A stretch of DNA of 64,000 nt from an uncultured Alphaproteobacteria bacterium (GTDB taxonomy: Bacteria > Pseudomonadota > Alphaproteobacteria > RF32 > CAG-239), in the NCBI GenBank assembly GCA_944391505.1, contig CALXTV010000001.1, forward strand, positions 34,651 to 98,650, given 5' to 3'. Below the pieces are notes generated by a model. That model was not told where the DNA came from and made no database searches. It saw only the letters and a program-made list of their open reading frames with translations. This document shows, piece after piece, positions 16,789 through 27,197 of the stretch. How positions within the stretch are numbered: the first letter of the stretch is position 1; the number at the start of each line of letters is the position of its first letter. A program made the position numbers and the translations under genes.

Positions 16789-19218
16789 TTATGGTAAAAA
16801 CTTATTCAATTCGAATCTAAAAAAGTCATCCGAAGCATTTTTATATTCTAAAAATTTTTCATTATAAGTTAAATTTTTATATTCATCTATTGACAAATTA
16901 CATATTTGGTCATCTTTAACTAATTTATTTATAACATGCAAACTTAATCCCAATTTGCTTAAAGATAATATTAAAGGATCGTTTGTGCCATATACCAAAT
17001 CATTATAAAGTTGCTGAGATATAAGTTCATAATCTAACATTAACTGAAAAAACTTATTTAATTTAAAACTGATAAAGTCATCTTCTAACTTTATTTTTAT
17101 TATAGATAAATTAACTATATAAGAATAATTTTTCGACCTAAGATTGACATAGAAATTATTATAACCGGAAATATTACCTCTATCATCACATTCTCCATAA
17201 GATGACCCAACATATAGAAAAGGATTTGTACTTAATCTTTTAATGCGATATAAATATCTTGCCGTTAACGAAATTTTTTCTTTCAATGAAAGTTTTCGAT
17301 GTTTAACTATTAATTTATGATAATAATTTCTACTTATTTCATTATCCAAACGTTTAAATTCATCGTCTTTAATTAAAGCATTTAATTGACCGATAAAAAC
17401 ATAATTTAGCAAATCAAATACATATCTTTGATCAGAAAGAGTTCCATATCTTTCTTTATATCTACTAATTCTTAGCCAAATCTCAGAACATAAATCATTT
17501 GAAAGATTATAAATTGTATTCATGCTAAGCTTTAGCATATTTTGTTTAAGTAATAAAATATTATCGTCTGTCTCCTGAAATATAAAATTTTCATTATTAA
17601 TTATCTCTTCCAGTACTACTTTTTCTTCTATTTTTTTATTTTCAATATTAAAGTTATCTAGTAATGGATTTTGAATGTCATCCTGAAAATCAGACGTTTT
17701 TAAAAGTTTTATTTTATTTTCCATACTACAAGTACAAAATTCCCCATGATTTTCAACAAAATGCACCTTAGGCATCAATTTGGATAAATCATCAATAGAG
17801 TTTGTAAATACCATATTTAAACGATTAACTCGTCCTATTAAATTTATTAAAGAATTTTTATTTAAATTACGAGAATCTACTATAAACAATGAGTCAAAAG
17901 GTAAATTAATGCCTTCTAGTATCACATTATTTGCAATCAGGTATTTTATCTGCGGAATTCTATTAAACTTAAATTCCAAATAATCTTTTATATCATCCGG
18001 TAACTTTCCATGAATATAAATGATTCCTTTCTGCAAATACTTAGACACATAAAAATCTTTATGAACATGTTTATTAAGACTTTCAATAACCTGATGAATT
18101 TCAGGACAATCAATTTCTTGTGATATAGTTTCAAACAAAGTCTTCGCAAAATGTTCAATTTTACGAGGAGTATATAAATATATAAAATTTTTATCAGTAG
18201 CTTTATTTTCTATATATTGCAAATAACTTCCGTCAAAATGAGCATCTTTAATTAAAGCGTTAAAAAAACGGTTATAAATAAAAACATCTCCGTTATCTGC
18301 ATATTCGTATACTATAGGAACTTTAATATTGAAAGCTATTTTATACTCCCGTATTTCCTGATCTGATAAAGAAATGTTTTTACTATCTTGTACTAATGGC
18401 GATAAATATAACATTTTTGCACGATTATTTCTATGCTTTACTAACCTTATAAGCCTAGCTAATAAAATGCTTCTATCAGTATTTTCTAATAATTTATGAG
18501 CTTCATCCACATATAAAATATCAAAACACAAACTATTGTATTTTTCCAACAATCTTAAAGCTCTTTCTTGAGTAAATACTGAGATAAAACAATTGTCGCT
18601 TTCATTATACATTTCATCATGTATTAACACACGAATACGAGGGAATGCCTTTTTTATATTCCTATACGTCTGCATCAATAGTGATTTTGTAGGAACAATT
18701 ACAGCTATTTTACTATAAGTATTAATATGTTGTTTTATATGTTCTATAATAAGTTTACTTTTTCCAAAAGACGTTGGAGCAATATAACTTACATATGATT
18801 GATCCGTAGATAATAGCTCTTTTCTTGATATATTTTGTTCTTTTGTTTCGATAATACCGTCATTACCAAAAAAAGTCTCGGTAGCTACAGTTAAAGTTTC
18901 AGTAGTTATATCAGATATTATTCCCTTATTGTTTATAATAGCATTTGAGATTGGGTAAAATCCAAAATTTACAGATAAATCATATAATGGTTGCCAATCA
19001 TGAAATAAAATTGAATATTTTAATATAATAAAATATGCCAATTCAAAAGAAGTTTTATAACTTTTATCTTTTTGATATTGCTTTATTAAAACAATAGCTA
19101 AACTTAAAACAAACTGTTTTTCTGCATTATCTAAATGCTGAGATAGAAATAATTTATTTATAACATTTTGAATGGAGGAAATAGTTTTAAGATTTGATAT
19201 TTTTGTGGCTTCACTCAT
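16789..19218 (-). CDS. SF2 DEAD/DEAH helicase, Hachiman HamB-like
   Basis: APTSFGKS, VDEAH, IHGKLP, ILEGINLP, IGRVNR; overlaps the upstream nuclease gene by 8 bp. Confidence 0.7.
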   Translation of the reverse strand: MSEATKISNLKTISSIQNVINKLFLSQHLDNAEKQFVLSLAIVLIKQYQKDKSYKTSFELAYFIILKYSILFHDWQPLYDLSVNFGFYPISNAIINNKGIISDITTETLTVATETFFGNDGIIETKEQNISRKELLSTDQSYVSYIAPTSFGKSKLIIEHIKQHINTYSKIAVIVPTKSLLMQTYRNIKKAFPRIRVLIHDEMYNESDNCFISVFTQERALRLLEKYNSLCFDILYVDEAHKLLENTDRSILLARLIRLVKHRNNRAKMLYLSPLVQDSKNISLSDQEIREYKIAFNIKVPIVYEYADNGDVFIYNRFFNALIKDAHFDGSYLQYIENKATDKNFIYLYTPRKIEHFAKTLFETISQEIDCPEIHQVIESLNKHVHKDFYVSKYLQKGIIYIHGKLPDDIKDYLEFKFNRIPQIKYLIANNVILEGINLPFDSLFIVDSRNLNKNSLINLIGRVNRLNMVFTNSIDDLSKLMPKVHFVENHGEFCTCSMENKIKLLKTSDFQDDIQNPLLDNFNIENKKIEEKVVLEEIINNENFIFQETDDNILLLKQNMLKLSMNTIYNLSNDLCSEIWLRISRYKERYGTLSDQRYVFDLLNYVFIGQLNALIKDDEFKRLDNEISRNYYHKLIVKHRKLSLKEKISLTARYLYRIKRLSTNPFLYVGSSYGECDDRGNISGYNNFYVNLRSKNYSYIVNLSIIKIKLEDDFISFKLNKFFQLMLDYELISQQLYNDLVYGTNDPLILSLSKLGLSLHVINKLVKDDQICNLSIDEYKNLTYNEKFLEYKNASDDFFRFELNKFLP

Positions 19219-19963
19219 TCTCAGCTCCTAAATACTGCATAAACATTTCATAACTATTTTGAGTAACACAAATAACATGAATTTTTTTTCCTTGTAATAT
19301 AGAAATTCTCTTAATTGATTGTACTATTTCATCATGATTCTGTGGCGTCCAAACTCCATTCAAAAATATTGTTGCACTTGGTATAATGTTATTGTCATCA
19401 ATACTTTGATAACGATGATTGATAAAATCATCTGACAAACTTTTTAATCTATCTCTCAACTCTTTTTTAGTTCCTACTGCTCTTGCATGATTATATGCAT
19501 TCAACCAAGGATTATTACTCACTTCTGTAGTTATTTTTGCTTTGACGTCATTATACGCTTCTCTTATCTTAGAGGCATGCGTTATACCAGAAGTAGTTAT
19601 CAATCCAGATTTACTTTCCATAAACCAAAGATCATCTTCTATAGAATACAATCCATCGAATCCCTTTTTCAAAGAATTTTCCTCAAGATTAAAAAATAAA
19701 CACTCTTGTTTATAGCCTTTATATTTTAAATATAAATGTATAAAAAACTCCGCTATAGAGCCTATTATTTTGTTTTGATCTCCCCATCTTTCTATGCGGC
19801 CTTTTAAATCCAATTTTATGGTTGATAGATCTCCGTCTTCTCCAATACATATTTGATGAATATTTTCATCAATAAACTGTTTCAATTCCTCTGTAATAGT
19901 TTCAATATCAATTACACTTATTTCAATTTTATCGTCCACTGTTTGTGTAACATTAAATACCAT
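19211..19963 (-). CDS. PD-(D/E)xK nuclease, Hachiman HamA (DUF1837)-like
   Basis: IAEFFIH...KKGFDG...LWFMESKS; coupled to the helicase. Confidence 0.6.
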   Translation of the reverse strand: MVFNVTQTVDDKIEISVIDIETITEELKQFIDENIHQICIGEDGDLSTIKLDLKGRIERWGDQNKIIGSIAEFFIHLYLKYKGYKQECLFFNLEENSLKKGFDGLYSIEDDLWFMESKSGLITTSGITHASKIREAYNDVKAKITTEVSNNPWLNAYNHARAVGTKKELRDRLKSLSDDFINHRYQSIDDNNIIPSATIFLNGVWTPQNHDEIVQSIKRISILQGKKIHVICVTQNSYEMFMQYLGAENE

Positions 19964-19986
19964 TATTTCAAATTCCTTTAAACAAT

Positions 19987-20172
19987 TTAGTAATATTGCT
20001 CAATGTATTGATATACCTTATCTAAGACGTCTTTATCTTTTATTTTATATTTTATCCAGATGATACTACGTAAGGCTTTTTTGATCTCTTGTTTTCCGGT
20101 TGTTGTATCCTGCCAATCTGGAAAACGCACATATTTCACAATATCATCCATATTATTAATAATCCGTTCCAC
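19987..20172 (-). pseudogene. C-terminal remnant of a type I restriction subunit HsdR
   Basis: VERIINNMDDIVKYVRFPDWQDTTTGKQEIKKALR...YQYIEQYY* resembles the HsdR C-terminus; in-frame stop a few codons upstream. Confidence 0.65.
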
Positions 20173-20255
20173 ATTATCTTCGAAAAAATCTAAACCTCAA
20201 ATATTCTGCCCATTAGTAGGAATCCCTTAATGATGCCCCCATAAGAGAATGAAAC

Positions 20256-21260
20256 TTATTCAATTTCATTCATCTCTTCAAATAGATACGGAGCTACAGA
20301 GATTTCCTTTTGTTTTTCAACTTTTCTTTTAAATGCCTCTATATTTTTACTAATCTCCATAAGAGCTGAAACCCTACCAATCTGTAAAATAAGGATATTT
20401 CTTCCCTCTTCAGTTAACCACCTATGAAACTGAGCAATTCTTTTTCCATCTTTTTTTATATTCTTCTTATTAAGTTCTTCTTTTATATATCCGTGTTCTA
20501 TTGGCTCATACACATATTTATTTATAAAGTTTCCATAATACATCGGCCTTTTACGAGAAATAGTGATTCCGTTATTATAAAGACGATCTAGTTCAGCAAA
20601 AAAAGCATCCGGAAATGTTTTAATCCATTTTTGTAAACCTTCTTCAATATATTTTGCTAACAATATCCTTAATGCATCGTGTTTTCTGTCATATTGGTAA
20701 CCCGTTGCTTCGTCAATTAATGCATCTATACCAACTTGAGCAAAAGCCATTAATAGAATTTCAGATTTCTCTGCAAGTTTCTTTTGTGAAGCTGTTAATT
20801 GGTTGTCTCTACGTGCATTGAGATAAACTTCACACATTTTAGGTAATATACTAGCCAAATAACCTGTTTTTTCTATAGACCCATCAATATATGTGATTGG
20901 GGTGGCTTTCTCAATAACTTCTGAAGTTATATATTTTTCTAAGTTTTTTGCGGCCAAAAATGGAGGTATTTTTGTTCCTTCAATTTCGAGCCTTGAATTC
21001 ATACCTTTTCTAGTTCGATCAAAAGCATTAAATATAGATGTTGCGGTTAAAACTCTCCGACCATCATCTAATACAGCACAATCTATTTCCACATCGCCAA
21101 TAGGAAGCACTCCAGTATATAGAGTCTTAGGAAAATTGCTTTCATTAGTAGCACTTTTTTGCCATCTTGATTGTGCCGCTTTTACTGCTATCTCTCTACG
21201 TTGTTCTGATGATAATTTTTTTGCTCTAACCTTACCACCTTTAATTTGATTTACATTCAT
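20256..21260 (-). CDS. P63C domain protein
   Basis: KGGKVRAKKLSSEQRREIA N-terminus; GIDALIDEATGYQ; WIKTFP; RPMYYGNFINKYVYEP; FHRWLT. Confidence 0.8.
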   Translation of the reverse strand: MNVNQIKGGKVRAKKLSSEQRREIAVKAAQSRWQKSATNESNFPKTLYTGVLPIGDVEIDCAVLDDGRRVLTATSIFNAFDRTRKGMNSRLEIEGTKIPPFLAAKNLEKYITSEVIEKATPITYIDGSIEKTGYLASILPKMCEVYLNARRDNQLTASQKKLAEKSEILLMAFAQVGIDALIDEATGYQYDRKHDALRILLAKYIEEGLQKWIKTFPDAFFAELDRLYNNGITISRKRPMYYGNFINKYVYEPIEHGYIKEELNKKNIKKDGKRIAQFHRWLTEEGRNILILQIGRVSALMEISKNIEAFKRKVEKQKEISVAPYLFEEMNEIE

Positions 21261-21413
21261 ATTTATACCTCTTTTTTATGCTTGCTGATATTTTTTATAT
21301 TGCATGCTTGCTATAGAGTCAAGAATTTTTCTTTTAACTAATTTAATGATTGTGTTTTCAATAATCGCCAGTATAATTTCAATATATTAGTAAAAACAAC
21401 ATAGGAAATAGCT

Positions 21414-22127
21414 ATGACTGAGGCAGAAAAAAGAGAAATACTAGCAAAAGCAAAGGATTTTTTTAGAGAGAAAATTGTTGATAATCATAAAAGGAATACA
21501 GAAAGATTAGGTAAATTATCGGCTTTTCAACCGAATCCTTTTTTAGAAAAATATCTAGCAAACTTTGCTTTTGGTAATTGTAACGCTTCTAGCATAGCAA
21601 AGGCTCTAATATATCCTAGGGTTTTAGGAACATCAATAAATACTACATTCGGTACACAAATGCAGGCTTTTTGCAAAGATGTGCTTAGTGGTTTTGCATC
21701 CACTACTCCTGGTATAGATATTGAATTTATTGACCAAATAGATAATCGCCGCAAATATTGCCAAATAAAAGCTGGGCCTAACACCATTAATAATGATGAT
21801 ATTACAACTATTAAAAATCATTTTGAATCTATTCGTCGTATAGCCCGCACCAATGGTTTACGCGAATTTAATGCTGATATTGATTGTATTGTTGGTGTTT
21901 TTTATGGAAAAAGTGATGATTTATCACAAATGTATCGGACAATTGATCGTTCGCATCCAGTATATGTCGGCAAAGATTTTTGGCACCATTTAACCGGGGA
22001 TCCCAGCTTTTATGATGAATTAATAAATGAAATTGCGTCTATTGCAACAGAGGTCGATGGAACCGAATTATTAAATAATGCAATTAGGCAGCTATCTACA
22101 GAAATAGAAGAAAAATATAATCAATAA
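21414..22127 (+). CDS. Type II restriction endonuclease (PmeII-family-like)
   Basis: LIYPRVLGTSINTTFG, GIDIEFID, YCQIKAGPNTIN; directly upstream of a C5-MTase. Confidence 0.75.
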   Translation: MTEAEKREILAKAKDFFREKIVDNHKRNTERLGKLSAFQPNPFLEKYLANFAFGNCNASSIAKALIYPRVLGTSINTTFGTQMQAFCKDVLSGFASTTPGIDIEFIDQIDNRRKYCQIKAGPNTINNDDITTIKNHFESIRRIARTNGLREFNADIDCIVGVFYGKSDDLSQMYRTIDRSHPVYVGKDFWHHLTGDPSFYDELINEIASIATEVDGTELLNNAIRQLSTEIEEKYNQ

Positions 22128-22219
22128 CGATATTTTAACTTATCTACAGCTATCCTAATAACCCTTGCATATATGCAAGGGTTATTTTATTGTTCCTTTA
22201 TTGAATCAAGGAGTGTCTT

Positions 22220-23464
22220 ATGCAGTTATCTATTCATGAAGTTAGCCAAAAACTTAATCTTTCAATCGATACAATCAGAAGATGGGAGAAAAAAGGCCTG
22301 ATAAAAGCAGAAAGATCGGATAAAAACCATAGAATCTTTGATGAAGATGAAGTAAAAGTACTTCTAAAAAAATTAAACGACAAATCTGAAGCAGAATTTA
22401 AAGTATTAAAAAATGAAATACCCTCATCTTATACAGCAATAGAGTTGTTTGCCGGTGCAGGAGGGACAGCTCTAGGCTTCGAAAATGCTGGAATACACCA
22501 TGTACTTCTAAATGAATTTGATAAAAACTGCGTAGAAACCTTAAGAAATAACTTCCCTAAAGGCACAAATATTGTTCATGCTGATATACATAATGTCGAT
22601 TTTTCATCTTGGAAAGGTAAAGTTGATATCGTGCAAGCTGGTTTCCCTTGCCAAGCCTTTAGTTATGCGGGAAAAAGCATGGGGTTTGAAGACACACGAG
22701 GAACACTATTTTTTGAATTTGCAAGATGTGTTAAAGAAACAATGCCAAAGATTGCTGTTGGAGAAAATGTCAAAGGATTATTAAAACATGATAATGGCAG
22801 AACTCTTCAAACTATGATAAATACGCTAACAGAACTTGGTTATAATGTAAGATATAAGCTGTTAAGAGCGCAATATCTTGATGTTCCACAAAAAAGAGAA
22901 CGTTTAATTATAATAGGAATTAGAAAAGATTTAGATTTACCTTTCATTTTCCCTAAAGAAAAAAATTATACAGTCTCTTTAAGAGCTGCATTGAAAAATT
23001 GCCCAAAATCAGAAGGGCAAAGCTATCCAAAAAGAAAAGCTGAGATTCTTTCTCAGGTTCCAGAAGGTGGATATTGGAGAGATCTTCCAATAGAGTTACA
23101 AAAAGAATATATGAAAGGAAGTTTTTACCTTTCTGGAGGAAAAACTGGTATGGCAAGACGCCTTTCTTGGGATGAGCCAAGCCTAACCTTGACCTGTGCT
23201 CCTGCACAAAAACAAACAGAAAGATGTCATCCTGAAGAAACTCGACCATTAACTATTAGGGAATACGCCAGAATCCAGACATTCCCGGACACTTGGGAAT
23301 TTAAGGGATCTATGGGAGCTCAATACAAACAAATAGGGAATGCTGTACCAGTAAATTTAAGTTATCACATTGGCCGCTGTTTGATTGCTATGCTTGATAA
23401 AAACTATGATATTGAAGATGCTGTTATTGAAGATAATACAAGCCATTTATCTAAAGCTGCATAA
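22220..23464 (+). CDS. DNA (cytosine-5)-methyltransferase with N-terminal MerR-type HTH
   Basis: ELFAGAGG, GFPCQAFS, ENVKGL, PQKRER, RIQTFPD, KQIGNAVP; N-terminal SIDTIRRWEKKGLI. Confidence 0.95.
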   Translation: MQLSIHEVSQKLNLSIDTIRRWEKKGLIKAERSDKNHRIFDEDEVKVLLKKLNDKSEAEFKVLKNEIPSSYTAIELFAGAGGTALGFENAGIHHVLLNEFDKNCVETLRNNFPKGTNIVHADIHNVDFSSWKGKVDIVQAGFPCQAFSYAGKSMGFEDTRGTLFFEFARCVKETMPKIAVGENVKGLLKHDNGRTLQTMINTLTELGYNVRYKLLRAQYLDVPQKRERLIIIGIRKDLDLPFIFPKEKNYTVSLRAALKNCPKSEGQSYPKRKAEILSQVPEGGYWRDLPIELQKEYMKGSFYLSGGKTGMARRLSWDEPSLTLTCAPAQKQTERCHPEETRPLTIREYARIQTFPDTWEFKGSMGAQYKQIGNAVPVNLSYHIGRCLIAMLDKNYDIEDAVIEDNTSHLSKAA

Positions 23465-23589
23465 CTTTAAATATACAGATGCTTATGTGCAAAGAGATAA
23501 TTATCTACAAGTTAAAAAATATATTAATAAAGTAAGAAATATAGATCTTAATGCTTAAGCATCCAGAAAATAATAGAAAAATACTTGAG

Positions 23590-23910
23590 TTATTTCAAAA
23601 CTTCAATAAATTTGGATAAGGTATGAATTTGTTCATCCGAAAGGTGCCTAATATTTGCAATCAACAAGGACTCTTCAGCTGCACGTTTGGGGCTAATGTT
23701 GTCATCAACATTATCATCTAAAATCATGCTTAATCGGCAATTAAGAGCTTTTGTTATATCGACCAAGGTCTCAAAATGTGGATAATTGACACCTCTTTCT
23801 ATGTTTGATATAGCCTCAACAGAAACATCACATCGCTCAGCTAAAACTTCTTGTGTCATTTTAGCCGCTTGTCTAATAGCCTTAATTCTTAACCCGATCT
23901 TTTTCTTCAT
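23590..23910 (-). CDS. XRE/Cro-C1 HTH regulator
   Basis: IGLRIKAIRQAAKMTQEVLAERCDVSVEAISNIERG. Confidence 0.9.
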   Translation of the reverse strand: MKKKIGLRIKAIRQAAKMTQEVLAERCDVSVEAISNIERGVNYPHFETLVDITKALNCRLSMILDDNVDDNISPKRAAEESLLIANIRHLSDEQIHTLSKFIEVLK

Positions 23911-23960
23911 GTTTTACCCCATAATTAGAAGTTTAGCTTAAAGTTTTTGCTTGAAAGCGG

Positions 23961-24000
23961 AGTAAAACTTGTATAATTTTTATGTAATAGAAGTTTTACT
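23961..24000. promoter_or_regulatory. Putative operator flanking the -10 box of the operon promoter
   Basis: Perfect inverted repeat AGTAAAACTT (23961-23970) / AAGTTTTACT (23991-24000) around TATAAT (23972-23977). Confidence 0.6.
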
Positions 24001-24030
24001 TAATAAAATAAAAATCTATAGGCTAACATA

Positions 24031-24927
24031 ATGAAAAATCGAGCAATATCTGAAAAATTTTTTTATGAGTTTAAAAGCGGAAAGTATCAAAACATCCTAC
24101 AAACTGTAAAGCAAGACGATGATTTAATTATGTGCCTGCGAGGTGATTATATTACCATATATTATAAGAGTATGCGTATATTGGAAATATCCGAAAATGG
24201 CGAATATGATGTTGATAAAAACTACGGCATTATTCCTCCAAACGATAATACAAATTGGATAGAATATTTCAAAAATGCAAAATTTGCCTTGAGTTCCTAC
24301 AATAAAACTAAACAAATTAATAAACTTGAAAAGGAAGTTCAACAAGCGATTGTTAAAGAAAACAACACAAGCTCTATCTGCAATGAAACCGATTACTTTA
24401 TTATTGATATAGAATATACTCAGTCGGAATTTGATGGTAGATTTGATGCATTAGCTGTCTATTGGCCTAAAAACAAACGCAAAAACGGCCATGACCTACA
24501 ACTAGCGTTCATTGAAGTTAAAGCCGGCAATAATGCTATTGGAGGGACTTCCGGTATTGTAAAGCATTATGAATCGGTTATTGAATTTTTGAATAATCTT
24601 ACCAAGAATAATGAAAAAGAACAATTTATCCAAGATATTGAAAAAGTGATAGCTCAACAGCGAGACTTGGGATTATGGAATATTCCTCATAATAAACACG
24701 AAATAACTTTGTCTCGCTCAACCAAGCCTCAATTAATTTTTATTCTTGCCAACTATAATCAAAACTCAACAGTATTACGCAATGAATTAAATCTTTTTCC
24801 CAGTATTAACAAGAAATATAGTAATGAGCTTCCTTTTGAATTGAAATTTGCTACGTCATCTTTTGTCGGATATGGCTTATATAGTAACGGAATGATTACT
24901 ATAGATAATATATTAGATAAAAAATAA
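24031..24927 (+). CDS. Hypothetical protein with a PD-(D/E)xK-like nuclease motif
   Basis: EKEVQQ...IIDIEY...GRFDALAV...LAFIEVKAG. Confidence 0.6.
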   Translation: MKNRAISEKFFYEFKSGKYQNILQTVKQDDDLIMCLRGDYITIYYKSMRILEISENGEYDVDKNYGIIPPNDNTNWIEYFKNAKFALSSYNKTKQINKLEKEVQQAIVKENNTSSICNETDYFIIDIEYTQSEFDGRFDALAVYWPKNKRKNGHDLQLAFIEVKAGNNAIGGTSGIVKHYESVIEFLNNLTKNNEKEQFIQDIEKVIAQQRDLGLWNIPHNKHEITLSRSTKPQLIFILANYNQNSTVLRNELNLFPSINKKYSNELPFELKFATSSFVGYGLYSNGMITIDNILDKK

Positions 24928-24936
24928 GGAACTAAA

Positions 24937-26133
24937 ATGAAGGCATGTATTAGAAGAGGAGCAAACCAAATCGGAGGATCTGCTGTTGAAATTATAGCAG
25001 ATAATCAACAAAGGTTGATTATAGATATTGGGTTACCTCTTGATGCAGAGGAAAATACTCAAGACCTTCTTCCTCAAATTGACGGTCTTAAACATAAGAC
25101 ACCTGATTTGCTAGGTATCTTAATATCTCATCCCCATCAAGATCATTATGCCTTAGGATTACATATTGATAAAGACATCCCTGTTTTTATGAGCCATGCG
25201 ACATCAAAAATAATGGAAGTTGCCACACAGCATAATATTCCTGACGCATTTGTCTTTAGCAATATCAATATCTTTGAAAATCAAAAAAGTTTTAAAATCG
25301 GGAGCTTCAACATTACACCCTATTTGGTTGATCATTCGGCCTATGAGGCTTATGCTTTTTTAATTGAAGCTGACGGCAAACGTTTGTTTTACAGCGGAGA
25401 TTTTCGTGCACATGGTCGAAAATCCAAATTATTTGAATCATTCATTAAAAATCCTCCGCAACATATAGATACATTATTAATGGAAGGCTCTTGTTTAGGA
25501 CGAGATAAATCCGAGCAATACGAAAGTGAAACCGAGTTGGAAGAAAAGTTTTTTGATATATTTAAACAAACAAGGGGGATAAGCCTTATTCAAACATCTT
25601 CGCAAAACATTGATAGAATTGTTACCATCTACCGAGCATGCAAAAAAAGTAACCGCACATTGGTAATGTCTGGGTATACAGGACATATTCTGCAATGTTT
25701 AGAAAATTCACATTTACCAAATTTTACATGGCCGGATGTTAAAAAAATGAGCCAATCAGTTACAAGAAAACATGAAATATCTGTTGAAATGATAGAAAAG
25801 TCTCCCGATAAATACACAATCCTTTTGGGCGGCCAGATATTTAATATGCTAAAAAACAGTTTCCTTTTAAATAATGAAGCTTCATTTATTTATTCCATGT
25901 GGGATGGTTATAAAGAACTATATAAAGAGCGACTGGAACTAATTCAAAATAAAGGGGTTAATATGTTTGATATTCACACCTCAGGACATGCAGATATTCC
26001 AAGTCTTCAAAAATTTGCATCAGCTCTTAATCCTCATCAATTGGTTCCGATTCATACTTTTCTCCCACAAGAGTTCAAAAAGCTATTCAATAATGTAGTT
26101 ATTTATGAAGATAATCAAATATTTACAATATAA
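24937..26133 (+). CDS. MBL-fold metallo-hydrolase, beta-CASP / RNase J-like
   Basis: SHPHQDHY, VDHSAY, YSGDFRAHG, HTSGHA and PIHT motifs. Confidence 0.9.
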   Translation: MKACIRRGANQIGGSAVEIIADNQQRLIIDIGLPLDAEENTQDLLPQIDGLKHKTPDLLGILISHPHQDHYALGLHIDKDIPVFMSHATSKIMEVATQHNIPDAFVFSNINIFENQKSFKIGSFNITPYLVDHSAYEAYAFLIEADGKRLFYSGDFRAHGRKSKLFESFIKNPPQHIDTLLMEGSCLGRDKSEQYESETELEEKFFDIFKQTRGISLIQTSSQNIDRIVTIYRACKKSNRTLVMSGYTGHILQCLENSHLPNFTWPDVKKMSQSVTRKHEISVEMIEKSPDKYTILLGGQIFNMLKNSFLLNNEASFIYSMWDGYKELYKERLELIQNKGVNMFDIHTSGHADIPSLQKFASALNPHQLVPIHTFLPQEFKKLFNNVVIYEDNQIFTI

Positions 26134-26144
26134 GGACAAAGTAA

Positions 26145-26843
26145 ATGGATTTAAAAAACAACTTAGAACTTATAATCGGTGGTATTGCATCTACTGTCGC
26201 CATGGCCGCAATTATTTTTAGATTTGTCTTTTTTGAAATAGATTTAAGCACAACAGCTGATTTTATAAAAGACTTTTCAGAAATTATTGTATCGGTTTTA
26301 GTCTTTTTTGTTGCCGTTAAAAGTATCTTAAGCCAGAGTAAAAAAAAGGAAACTTTCAAAAAAGTTTTTGATGAAGAGCTTCAAGCATGGATGCAACGCA
26401 ATCGCCCACTGATTTCTAAAGAGAACCGTTTTCAGGTTGAAAATGCTGACAGATATTTTATTTTGTCGGATCATGATCACATTTTTGATATTGGAGAAGA
26501 TTTTCAAGACGACAAAAAGTATCAAAAAGGTGTGTTTGTTCAACTTCCCCACACATTTACAACTAATGATAAAATTATTTTCTTTATGAACAAAAGTACA
26601 TTTATGGCACGAGCCAAGGCTAAAGACAGTAATGTAGAGGCAGAAATAGATAAACTCATATATCGAACAGCAAATTGTATTAGTGCCAAATTTGGTAAAG
26701 AATTATTTGAGGCAAGTGGAGATCCCAAACATCATCAAATCCATGTTAAAATAAAGACCCGAGATCTTGATACACCTGAAGATGCTCGAACAATAATAAA
26801 AATGCTTGATTATGTAATGATTTTATACTTAGCAGCAGCTTAA
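26145..26843 (+). CDS. Hypothetical protein with two N-terminal TM helices
   Basis: Hydrophobic segments LIIGGIASTVAMAAIIFRFVFF and IIVSVLVFFVAV followed by a soluble domain. Confidence 0.7.
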   Translation: MDLKNNLELIIGGIASTVAMAAIIFRFVFFEIDLSTTADFIKDFSEIIVSVLVFFVAVKSILSQSKKKETFKKVFDEELQAWMQRNRPLISKENRFQVENADRYFILSDHDHIFDIGEDFQDDKKYQKGVFVQLPHTFTTNDKIIFFMNKSTFMARAKAKDSNVEAEIDKLIYRTANCISAKFGKELFEASGDPKHHQIHVKIKTRDLDTPEDARTIIKMLDYVMILYLAAA

Positions 26844-26872
26844 ACTTCAACTCAAACCGAAAGGAAAAAGAC

Positions 26873-27175
26873 ATGAGAAATTTTAAAATAGAAAGAACCG
26901 GAGTCGTTCGAGATGAAAGAGGAATGAAAGTTGGTACGGTTCAAAGAAATACCCTAAGAGATGCTAGAGGATCCCGCCTCGCAGAAATATCTGGAGATAG
27001 AATCAAGGATAGTCGAGGTTTAACTTTAGGAGAAATTAGCGGCTCAAGAATAAAAACGAGACGAGGAAATACAGTTATGGAAATTGATAAAATTCCTCTT
27101 GATTACGAAATGCCAGTTTCTCCGGCAATGGCCGCAGCAATCATGCATTTTTTTATCAAACCGATTTTTGATTAA
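26873..27175 (+). CDS. Small beta-repeat protein (beta-flower-like)
   Basis: About four ~15-aa repeats: VRDERGMKVGTVQ / LRDARGSRLAEIS / IKDSRGLTLGEIS / IKTRRGNTVMEID; SD GAAAGG. Confidence 0.6.
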   Translation: MRNFKIERTGVVRDERGMKVGTVQRNTLRDARGSRLAEISGDRIKDSRGLTLGEISGSRIKTRRGNTVMEIDKIPLDYEMPVSPAMAAAIMHFFIKPIFD

Positions 27176-27197
27176 AATTTCAGCTTAGTTATAATTG

